A stretch of DNA of 63,489 nucleotides, filler included, from Lenisia limosa (taxonomy: Eukaryota; Protista; Breviatea): NCBI GenBank assembly GCA_001655205.1. It is 13 parts of 13 records of this genome, joined end to end, with 100 filler letters (N's around TTAATTAATTAA, not from the genome) between each part and the next. Parts side by side here need not be neighbours in the genome. Positions count along the whole stretch, not along the records: positions 6,626 to 23,236 come from LPNZ01002663.1; positions 23,337 to 25,837 come from LPNZ01003811.1; positions 25,938 to 29,514 come from LPNZ01011090.1; positions 29,615 to 32,062 come from LPNZ01004600.1; positions 32,163 to 51,106 come from LPNZ01006450.1; 8 more parts are not named here. One strand, given 5' to 3'. Position numbers and translations under genes: made by a program. Positions 23,201 through 33,656 of this stretch are shown piece by piece. The notes beneath the pieces are model-generated. The model did no database searches. It had not been told where the DNA came from and saw only the letters and a program-made list of their open reading frames with translations. Positions within the stretch are counted from its first letter, which is position 1. Each line of letters begins with the position of its first letter.

Positions 23201-24118
23201 TTTTGTGATTTAAATTGAGCTTCACCAAGCCTTTCCNNNNNNNNNNNNNNNNNNNNNNNNNNNNNNNNNNNNNNNNNNNNTTAATTAATTAANNNNNNNN
23301 NNNNNNNNNNNNNNNNNNNNNNNNNNNNNNNNNNNNGGTGTTAGCATGATGGTGTGGACTCTCTTGTTAATTAATATATGATACATGTATATAGGGGTGG
23401 GGGTCGGATAATCAGGGCTTCCCTTCGGTCCCAAAAAGACAAATATCGATATTTATCCGGCTTTTTTGGACTGTAGGGAAGCCCTACTTATAATACAGTG
23501 TTCATTGATATTTGAATCAGTCTGCCACTCATTCACTAGGAGACTCCCCTCTTACTGCCCAATCACCAAGTGCTTTCCCTCTCCCGCCAAACCAGGTAGG
23601 CTTGTTATGCGTGATGGTGTGAACGGCTTCGGCCAGATACAACCTAATTTTTTTCTCATTGCTATATATTCCCCCTGTTTGTTTTTTATCCAGTNNNNNN
23701 NNNNNNNNNNNNNNNNNNNNNNNNNNNNNNNNNNNNNNNNNNNNNNNNNNNNNNNNNNNNNNNNNNNNNNNNNNNNNNNNNNNNNNNNNNNNNNNNNNNN
23801 NNNNNNNNNNNNNNNNNNNNNNNNNNNNNNNNNNNNNNNNNNNNNNNNNNNNNNNNNNNNNNNNNNNNNNNNNNNNNCATGAAATGCTGGTGCCTTCCCC
23901 CAACACTATGTCGCCTATCTTCCCAATGGCGGGCATGACTTTCCAGCCGGTTTGTTTGGGTTTTAAAGGGTACGTTTGCTCGGCTTTTTAAAGGGTACGT
24001 TTGCTCGGCTTTTTAAAGGGTACGTTTGCTGGTGCTTATTTGACAAAAAGTCCATTTCTGCTGTTCTCACTATCGTCAGCTGCTAGCCCGGCCGTCACCC
24101 CATTTCCCCACAATGTAA
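20290..24118 (+). CDS. Protein with histone-H3-like N-terminal tail (MARTKMIARKS) and a disordered body; no histone fold found
   Basis: Phase-0 exons 20290-20319, 20375-20479, 21286-21375, 21777-21821, 22018-22098, 23074-23112, then beyond a linker gap 23521-23595, about 23878-23949 and 24080-24118 (TAA). Additional exons may be missed or hidden in gaps. Confidence 0.7.
22153..22229. mobile_element. MITE family D (CAGTG ends, Tc1/mariner-like)
   Basis: CAGTGACCGGATAAGTCCTGAC...GTCAAGACTTGTCCCGGTCACTG. Further copies at 31390-31465 (TA-flanked), 41865-41939, 42297-42359 and partial about 35380-35445. Confidence 0.8.
23415..23485. mobile_element. MITE family A (short internal deletion)
   Basis: AGGGCTTCCCTTCGGTCCCAAAAAGAC...GGCTTTTTTGGACTGTAGGGAAGCCCT. 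Confidence 0.8.
23606..23670 (+). repeat. Dispersed repeat C (GTGATGGTGTGGACGGCTTCGGCCAGATACAACC)
   Basis: At least 12 copies in both orientations: about 10390, 13190, 26170, 30750, 31496, 33670, 35580, 35635, 42965, 51228, 57468, 58985. Confidence 0.8.
23960..24030. repeat. 24-bp intronic tandem repeat x3
   Basis: TTTTAAAGGGTACGTTTGCTCGGC repeated. Confidence 0.85.
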
Positions 24119-24386
24119 TTCAAAAAATCGATCTTACCCAGTTTCCATTGTTCTACTGTTTCTTTGTTTGGCCCCACGAGAGGTGTGGTCATGGTATGTA
24201 ATGTTTTCGTCATCTTTTGTGGTGCCCCCATGTTTTATTTTTTTTTGAACAAAAATTTTTCCTGTATAAATCTTGGGAAACAAATAATTTTATTGTCATT
24301 ACTTTATTCATGTGGCTACCCCGTATTTACTGTAGTCAGATAGGGGTTCCCCATTTCGAATTTCCGTAATACCTGGGGATACATCA

Positions 24387-27097
24387 TTACTCGTGTTTAG
24401 TTTGGTTGCGGCGAATGTACTCCTTAGACCAAGTTCTAAGGAGAGTAAAACGAAGGAAATTCAATGGTGAATAGTGGTGTAAAGAATATAAAAATAGCTC
24501 CAAACAACACCACCAAAAAAAAAGTAATATCAGAATTCAAATGTTCTACAGGTAAGACCAAGACTAGTCCCCAGTATTACAAGAACAAAACACGCATCAT
24601 CACCTCTCCCCACCTAGTAATTTGGGTTTTTGTTTCATACGTGTTTGTTATTGCTTGTTTTGGAGTTTCAGATTCTTCGGTTCGTGATTAGAACCTTACC
24701 CAATATTCTTCATCGAATTTTCCTTCGTTTCCTCCCTCCCCCTTCTTCATCGAATTTCCTTCGATTTACACCCCCCAACCTATATGTGGTAGTGCAAGGG
24801 TTTCGTCCGTACTCATTGCAGCTGGCTGGGGCCCAAAATTTGTAGCCAAAGCCGCTATTGGGAGTAAATTGGAAANNNNNNNNNNNNNNNNNNNNNNNNN
24901 NNNNNNNNNNNNNNNNNNNNNNNNNNNNNNNNNNNNNNNNNNNNNNNNNNNNNNNNNNNNNNNNNNNNNNNNNNCAGGGAGGGAAGTGATATGAAGAAGA
25001 CCGCATCTCAGCATTCTCCCTCACAAAGCTAATTAAGTCGACTCATCATTATCCCCCCCCCCCACGAAGCCAAATACGTCACGTGGTCAACCGGGCAAAT
25101 CATGGGGAGTCCTGGAGGGTGAACAAAGACCACAGGAAAGAGAATTATGATGTGAGGGTGAAGAACGCGGGCGGATTATATGACCTAAGGATATTTATTT
25201 TGTAAAAAAAAGATGAATAAAGAGAGGATTATGATGAGCCATGGGGTAGTAGAGGAGATCTGGGGCTGACAACCTGTCTTTTCAGAGCTGTGGCCTTGTA
25301 TTTACCCCACCTCCTCATAACGCAAAATAGTCTCAATCAATAATAGTCAAGGAAGGAACAGGAAAAAGACACATTTTGGTGAGAAAAGTCCACCTTTTGG
25401 TACTTTTGCCCTCTTTTTACCTTTCCCTCTTTGAACAATCTCATGTTTTTTCAGACCAAAGTGAAGCGTTAGGGGTAAGGTTTCACTTCGGTTCGAAGAC
25501 TGAATTTATCGATGAAACCCCGAAAACTATCGATATTTTACCGGTTTTTTCCGGACCAAAGTGAAGCCCAAATCAGGGGAGAGTCAAATAGTCAGGCAAA
25601 TAGCATACCAGCGTAGGGGCACGCACAAGGGGTCCATGGGACGGGTATTCTAAGAAATCGCTCAAACTGGGGGAGGGGGAGTAAAACGAAAGAATACTTG
25701 CGTAAAAGTACTAATCATGAACCAAATCATCTGAAACTCAACAAACAAACAAAAAACAAGTAGCAAACACGCAAGAATAAAAAATTATAAGAGGGAAAAC
25801 AACAAAAACAAAATACAAGCCATCAGCGCATTCCATCNNNNNNNNNNNNNNNNNNNNNNNNNNNNNNNNNNNNNNNNNNNNTTAATTAATTAANNNNNNN
25901 NNNNNNNNNNNNNNNNNNNNNNNNNNNNNNNNNNNNNGTTGATAAGGGGGTGTCAATATGACTCTGGACCCCCCAAAATCTCCCCTTGAGTTTAACACGA
26001 AGGTACAGGGTGGTCAATATGGAAAATAATGAAACAAAAGAACCCAAAATCAACTCTATAAACAGGAAAGAGAACCATCCCCGCATTCACCCCACCCCCC
26101 ACGTTCTGATTCTCGAAGCAATTTGAAGACCATTGCGGGAGTGTAACTTAAAAGGTAAATGATAATATGAGAAATAAAAATACAAGGTTGTGTCTGGCCG
26201 AAGCCGTCTACAAAAGCACGCTTATAAGAGAGATGATCCAACTCCCACTCGTAAATTCCGCAGGATTCGAACATAAGCTCAATTTCGCGAGCTAGTTGGG
26301 GCAGTTGCGGCTCGTCATCTGAAGACGTGAATACCAACAAGAAAAGCTCAATTATACGACAGGTTTCACTCGGTTCGAAAAAAGACTGAAACAACAACAA
26401 AAATAAACAACTCTGTTGGATAGCAACACCCATATTTGTACATGTATTTGTTTCTAACGTAGAACAAAATAAACTATTACGTAACCCACCTTGGACTTCT
26501 TCAACCTCGATTTTGTTCAGTTTTTGCTTTTCCTTGGCGAGCTTCTTTTTCTTCTCTTCCAGAGCATCTTTTTGCTTTTTGCCTTTTTTTGCAGGGGCTG
26601 TGGAGGTGAAACCAAGCATAAACATATCAAATAGTATAGATATATTATATATCGATATGATATGACATAGAATATTATATCTATGATGAGGTCAGAAGCG
26701 TAACATCACAATTCCGGTTCAGACTCTTTTGTTTCAAATGTCAACTGCAAAAACACGGCGGACAAGGGTTAGTGGTTTGTGTGTAANNNNNNNNNNNNNN
26801 NNNNNNNNNNNNNNNNNNNNNNNNNNNNNNNNNNNNNNNNNNNNNNNNNNNNNNNNNNNNNNNNNNNNNNNNNNNNNNNNNNNNNNNNNNNNNNNNNNNN
26901 NNNNNNNNNNNNNNNNNNNNNNNNNNNNNNNNCAATAACTCCCATCCATCATAGTCCATCCCACCCAGGTTGGCAGCAGCATTGATTGCGCTGTTATTCG
27001 CAGTGGAAGAGGCGTTGGAGATAAAGGACGTCTTGGCAAGGGCTGCTTTGAGAGCGCTTTGCTTCGGCGCCCCCAACGCTGCGCGGAGTCCCATTTC
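24387..27097 (-). CDS. TAF9-like histone-fold protein with Lys/Ala-rich N-terminal extension
   Basis: Spliced DDEPQLPQLAREIELMFESCGIYDYTPAMVFKLLRESE resembles the TAF9 pattern 'P.DA..M..IL..MGI.EYEP.V..Q.LE'. Last exon TWSKEYIRRNQTKHE*. A linker gap at 25882 lies inside; 5' end uncertain. Confidence 0.5.
25481..25568. mobile_element. MITE family A
   Basis: GGTTTCACTTCGGTTCGAAGAC...CCGGACCAAAGTGAAGCCC. Confidence 0.8.
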
Positions 27098-27779
27098 TGG
27101 GGGGAGGGGGAGTAAAGCGAAGGAAATTTCGATGAAGAATANNNNNNNNNNNNNNNNNNNNNNNNNNNNNNNNNNNNNNNNNNNNNNNNNNNNNNNNNNN
27201 NNNNNNNNNNNNNNNNNNGTGGGTATGTTGTGAAATGGGGTTAGACAATAGAAAATATATGAATAAGAAAAGCCCAAAATTAATTGTAAAATGACGAGGG
27301 TGCCCAGATATAATGGTAATAGGAAATGTATGCGGGGGGGGGGGGAGCCAAAGAGGCTCTTTAAAAAAAGTCTGTAGTTGCAATATATTCTGAAATGAGG
27401 AGTTAAAAATTTATGGGGGATTCACTATAATTACATATATACTCACCTCTAACTAAAAATTAAAAATCGTTCAGCTGAAAGCGATTCAAAAACAACACAC
27501 ACAGACAAACAAAAAAACAAAAAAACACAAGGCAGCATGGCGCATAATGAGAGCGTATGTTATTACGCTGGGTGAGTCACTATTCCCCTCCATCCCTTAC
27601 AACTTCTTATAAAGTGTCTTATTTTGTCCTTTATAAGAATACAGGGTTTCTCTTTTCAAAAAACCAAATTAGATTGAAGACAGAATTGAGGAATGCAAAG
27701 AGTGAAGGGTTTCATGGCAACTTGGTTATGTGTGTTAATTGAATAGCAAAACAAAAAAAGGAGCAAACATCAGCGCAAT

Positions 27780-28440
27780 AAAAGCCCATTTACTGTTTAA
27801 AAGGGGGTTCTTTCCACTCTACAGGACTGCGAAACGGAAGATCACCCCAAAGAAGAGGATAGTGGCGCTTGACCCAGCCCAAAATATTGTCCTTAGAACT
27901 TCAACAATGGCTTTAAACACGCTTCTTGTCGGGTAGAGGGATGAGAAAGGCTGACTGGAGCACAAACAACTATTGAGGAATCGTTGAAACGGTGTTCTTC
28001 TGTTATTGACACGTTATTGAGTATTAATAACAACACGAAATCTACAAGATATTCTTAGTTACACAAAACAAAATAATAAATGCATTAAAAACCTGGGAGT
28101 TATACAAAGCAGAAATCAAAGCGGAGCCACGGCGAGCCACACAATTGTGGAGGCCTCTCAATATTTCTATCTATCTCTAGATATCTAAACACATGCTTTC
28201 AGCGTGTCTATTGGTTTACCATGTTTACTTGTTTTCTTCTTTTCTTCAGCTTTTCAGCAACTTCGAATTCTCCAAAATGAATGGAACAGAGTTCTACTAC
28301 AACAAGGGATAATATTGGCGAAATTTCCTTCTCACCCCTCCCCTCCTTCAAAACAAACTAGTATCAAAATAACTATACATGTATGCAAGGGGAAGCTTAG
28401 GATGAAGCGGCGGGAGGAGAGGACTGCTGCAGAGGTCAGT
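27780..28440 (-). CDS. Unassigned exons (may be the 5' part of the TAF9-like gene)
   Basis: Exon-like segments ELCSIHFGEFEVAEKLKKRRKQ and ILGWVKRHYPLLWGDLPFRSPVEWKEPPL. Confidence 0.3.
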
Positions 28441-28602
28441 TAACAGGAGAACGTGTGAGGGAACTCAGCTATACACCAGAATTTCCCTCTAACAGTCCCA
28501 ATAATGAATACGAGTACCCCTAACAAATAATTTGAAGAAATTATTCGACAAAAAGAAACGAAATTAAAGTTTTTACAAAAAAAGTAAGTTCCCCATCAAA
28601 AA

Positions 28603-29443
28603 TCAAAATTCCCAGTGTACGCTATGGGGAAGACAGGTGGACGCGACGCTGCGGAAGAGGCTAACAATAGTGGGGTCCTAAAGACGTGACTTGATAGCTT
28701 GTCGACGGTCGTTGATATCATGATTACATACCCATTGGAATGCACATCTGACTGCATTACGCCCCCCCCCCCTGATATCATNNNNNNNNNNNNNNNNNNN
28801 NNNNNNNNNNNNNNNNNNNNNNNNNNNNNNNNNNNNNNNNGTATGGCATTTTGTTTATGGAATCCCTATGTATTTATTTGCTTCCCTAGATTTCTGATGT
28901 AAATTATTCCTCTTATTCAAAAAAAAGTAACGTGGTTATTATCATGATCTTTTGATCCATTACAACTCACCTGGTGGATAAATGGCAGTTTCCAGAAGTG
29001 ATAGGCCGGGTTCTTGATGAGCTCGATGAACGTGATTAGCAGGCCCCTGGGGAGTAAAAATGGAAAATTTATGAAACAAAAAAAAAAGCCCAAAAACAAC
29101 TGTTGACCAGCATTTGGAAAACACACAAGGTTGAAAAAAAAAATAAAAAAATAGACAAAGCCCAGGCCACTCACTTCAACACCACCGCATCCAGTATAAT
29201 GAAAATTATGATCCACCCCAATATGGTGTGATTANNNNNNNNNNNNNNNNNNNNNNNNNNNNNNNNNNNNNNNNNNNNNNNNNNNNNNNNNNNNNNNNNN
29301 NNNNNNNNNNNNNNNNNNNATCCAACAAAACGCGAGTAACCTGATCCCTGATCACGATGTTGCCCTGGGCGAAGAGGTACAGCACCAAACAGCTGAAGTA
29401 GTGTGTCTGACTGTTCGGGTACCGGAGTTGATTGGCAATTGCT
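28603..29443 (-). CDS. CNOT1: CCR4-NOT scaffold subunit 1, C-terminal exons
   Basis: [66 protein letters not shown] and [16 protein letters not shown] match the Not1 C-terminus. Exons at 30215-31170 beyond the linker may or may not belong. Confidence 0.95.
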
Positions 29444-29967
29444 GAGGGAGAGGGGTAAAAAGGGGAAATTTCTCAATTTATAATATTATTGAATAATATC
29501 ATATCAGATGTATANNNNNNNNNNNNNNNNNNNNNNNNNNNNNNNNNNNNNNNNNNNNTTAATTAATTAANNNNNNNNNNNNNNNNNNNNNNNNNNNNNN
29601 NNNNNNNNNNNNNNATATGATTACATGGGGGTGGGGGGAGTTAAATTGTAAAATTTAGGAAACATAAAAAGCCCAAATCTTCTCTTTTGGCTGAAAATTT
29701 CAATGGGGGTATATTATATCGATACAATATGTTTCATTTCTATCACCCTTTTCCTCTAAGAAAACGCATAGATTGTTCCAAGGATTGGTTTTTTGATTTG
29801 TTTACAAGTGGGTTTTTTCTTTGTGTATTCACTGGATCTCGATGGTCCTGATTTCTTTTACTCTTTATGATCCTAGTTTCAATAGAGACTTACTGCAAAA
29901 TACAAAATTACAGGACTTTTTCCTCATACTTTAGGGGTCGGAGATCCTGGTGCCCTCAAAACGACAG

Positions 29968-30050
29968 CATCCCCAGGGTTAGTGGGAGGTTGATTACATC
30001 CCCAGGGTAAGTGGAGGGTTGATTACATCCCCAGGGTTAGTGGAGGGTTG
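29968..30050. repeat. 29-bp tandem repeat x3
   Basis: CATCCCCAGGGTTAGTGGGAGGTTGATTA repeated with small variation. Confidence 0.8.
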
Positions 30051-33000
30051 TTGTTGTGTTTAGGGGGGATGTGCTGCCAGCATAACACGTAGTTAATAAA
30101 GCTCAAACANNNNNNNNNNNNNNNNNNNNNNNNNNNNNNNNNNNNNNNNNNNNNNNNNNNNNNNNNNNNNNNNNNNNNNNNNNNNNNNNNNNNNNNNNNN
30201 NNNNNNNNNNNNCCGTCTCAAGCATTCACTGCGCGTTATACTGGCGCGCCAACGAGCAGGAGTTCACCGTGAAAAGCCTGACCGAGCGCGGCCACACCAG
30301 CATTGTCGACGTGGAGGGCGTGGAACGTGGGGGGTCCCCAATGCTTGGCCAATATATTTGATTCTGGGCTATGTTGTTTCATCAATTGTCCAATTGTACG
30401 TACGCTGGNNNNNNNNNNNNNNNNNNNNNNNNNNNNNNNNNNNNNNNNNNNNNNNNNNNNNNNNNNNNNNNNNNNNNNNNNNNNNNNNNNNNNNNNNNNN
30501 NNNNNNNNNNNNNNNNNNNNNNNNNNNNNNNNNNNNNNNNNNNNNNNNNNNNNNNNNNNNNNNNNNNNNNNNNNNNNNNNNNNNNNNNNNNNNNNNNNNN
30601 NNNNNNNNNNNNNNNNNNNNNNNNNNNNNNNNNNNNNNNNNNNNGACAGAGTAGCCATATACGATGGAGAGGTCCTTTGTGTTGGTATGTGCGGAATTAT
30701 TAATGTTGTATCCTCAGAAAGCTCTTTGCACATAGTTGTATGGCAAATGATTGGGTGAATTAATATGATACTACAATCCAATATCTCTTATAAACGTGAT
30801 GGTGTGGACAACCTTAATTTTTTTTCATATATTCTAAAAGTATACATTTATCAGTAGTTTGAGGGAGGTGTAATATATGGGGGGGATTATGTGTGTTTTA
30901 TTTTTATTTTTGGTTTGTTTTTTGTTTGGGGGCCTCCTTTGTATACTATTTAAAAAAACCAAATTATAAGCTGCCTACTGTTGTTTGTTTGTCGCATACC
31001 TCCTTTTTTTTGAAGGGACTGGTTACAGAAGCCACTTACCATATTAGGCAAGTACACGACTTTTAAGCTCACATTCTGCACCCGGGCGGATCGACACCTC
31101 TTCTTTGATGAGGAAGTTGAGAAAAACGCTAAGAAGGCCACATACGAGTTCAAAAAGGCCCCTAAGCGAAGTTCGACTCATGACGGGTATGGGGGGAAGC
31201 TGGGCTTATATACAGATACAGAATTTTTTTATTATTATTTGTCTTTTTCTTCCTCAATTAATTGACACATTTACATTCTTGTTCTCAAAACATCGACTTA
31301 GGACGGGTATGGGGATACCAAGGGGGTCTTGTAATTCTGTACCAAGGGGGTCTTGTAATTCTGTATCAATATTATGTTATGTAAGTATATAGTGACCGGG
31401 AAGTCTTGACCAATTTTCAATGGATTATCATATCAAACTGGTCAATATTTATCCTGGTCCCACTATATATGATAAGTATGTATTGTACTATAATCCCATA
31501 TCTCTTAAAAGCGTGATGGTGTGAACGGCTGCGGCCAGATACATCCTTATTATTTATTTCTCATTGTTATATATGTGTCTATGTGAGAGGGGAGTAAGGG
31601 AGTTATGAAGGGTATGTAGGGTCTATACTGTTGTTTAATAAATTCCCGTTTCTGATTATTCGGTTCGTGATTAGTTACGCCAATATTCTTCATCGAAATT
31701 TCCTTCATTTTACCCCCCCCCCCCNNNNNNNNNNNNNNNNNNNNNNNNNNNNNNNNNNNNNNNNNNNNNNNNNNNNNNNNNNNNNNNNNNNNNNNNNNNN
31801 NNNNNNNNNNNNNNNNNNNNNNNNNNNNNNNNNNNNNNNNNNNNNNNNNNNNNNNNNNNNNNNNNNNNNNNNNNNNNNNNNNNNNNNNNNNNNNNNNNNN
31901 NNNNNNNNNNNNNNNNNNNNNNNNNNGGCATGGGGTACTAGAGATATTGTTTCATACATTTTAAGTTAACATATAATATATATACTATATCGATATGTGT
32001 ACGTAAGGCGACCCCCCTGAGTGCGAATTCCAACCTGAGTGCGAATTTCAACCTGAGTGCGANNNNNNNNNNNNNNNNNNNNNNNNNNNNNNNNNNNNNN
32101 NNNNNNTTAATTAATTAANNNNNNNNNNNNNNNNNNNNNNNNNNNNNNNNNNNNNNNNNNNNGGGTAAGTAGAAGATACCATTATTTCACTTAAGTACAC
32201 AGAAGTCCAATGAAACATTATGCATATAAGAGACATTAAATTATTGTATATATTTTTCTCAACTCCCCTTCCCATTTTGACTTATTTTTTATAGGTTCCC
32301 TAACTTCCGCCGTGGTAGACAACCCAATGAGCGGGGTGAACGTTGGGCTATGTTAGACTTCTGGTGTAGGTAGTTTTGTTGTTTGTTATGTTGTAATTTA
32401 GGTTTTTTTATTTTTAAAGTTGTATTTTTTTTTGTGTACTTAGGGGGGTTTCGGTGTAAATATCAATAAAAGATACATATTGTGTTTTGAGTTGTGGATT
32501 TTTCGCTATGTTCACCCATACAGTATATTTAGCTATATACAATATATACCTGACATTGTTCATTTTTGCACCGAAGGGATCTCACAATAACCAATGAAAT
32601 AGTTGTACTATGATGTCAAAGGCAAGGGGCATATTAGTGTCATCAAACTAGCACGTAGAAAAAAAAAAACCAAAACTCCTGAAAGTAAAATAAAAATAGT
32701 AACGTGATACATCTTTTGCATTAGAAACGGAATAGAATCAAATGTCCTTCTCTTTGGGTCATGGTATTACCTGAAAAGTGAATTTCTTGAGGGGGGTATA
32801 CATCCTCGATAAATACTAGCTTCACTTTCGGTTCCAAAAAAGACTGACATCTTGATAAATCCTCAATAAATAGCTCCGGTTATTGTGGCTCTTGGAACCG
32901 AAAATTAAGCGCCACCCCTAATATCGATATTTTACTAGTCCTTTTCGGACTGTAAGGCCACCCCCCCCCCCAAGATATTATANNNNNNNNNNNNNNNNNN

Positions 33001-33053
33001 NNNNNNNNNNNNNNNNNNNNNNNNNNNNNNNNNNNNNNNNNNNNNNNNNNNNN

Positions 33054-33220
33054 ATCAAAAACGCATCAAAATCGCAGAATCAAAAAGCAGCATCAAACCA
33101 AAACCGCAGCATCAAAAACGTATCATCAAACCAAACGCATCAAACCAAAACCGCAGTATCAAAACCGCAGCATCAAAAACGCAGCATCACCAATACCGCA
33201 GCATCAAAACCGCAGCGTAT
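33054..33220. repeat. Degenerate about 14-bp tandem array (ATCAAAACCGCAGC)
   Basis: Roughly a dozen imperfect units visible directly. Confidence 0.8.
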
Positions 33221-33223
33221 CAC

Positions 33224-33656
33224 ATCGGTTCGAAAACGAACGGGAAAATATCGATAGTTTTCGAGGGTTTATCGGAAACTCAGTCTGTTTTCGAACCAAA
33301 GTGAAGCCCTACTAACACATATGTGTACACAATGTGCTGATTATAAACAATGCACTTTTCCAACCTGTTGTTTTGCTGTTCATTGGAGCTACTGGGCTTC
33401 GATTTTGGCCAGGAGGCCTTGTATTCTACCCTTCATGCGAGGCTGGCCGGATTTGGTCTTGTTGTAAAGGTGCATTTTCATCTTCTGCCTCCTCTCCTTC
33501 TTCGCCACCTTATGCGCCTATGCTGTTATTCAATCTGTGGCGATTTGCAATAATTAAGGCTTCCCTACGGTCCAAAAAAGACTGTCAAAATATCGATATT
33601 TATAGAGGATTTATCAAGAGATTCGATCTTTTTTATGGGATTGTAGGGAGGCCCTA
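33224..33656. mobile_element. Two MITE family A copies (33224-33309 and 33557-33656) flanking the last FYV7-like exon
   Basis: Both carry the ATATCGATA core and a GAAGCCCTA/GAGGCCCTA end. Confidence 0.8.

Noticed and set aside
29968-33220. Short repeat arrays as CRISPR-like loci
   Set aside because: They are head-to-tail tandem repeats without unique spacers, in a eukaryotic intron-rich context with no cas genes.
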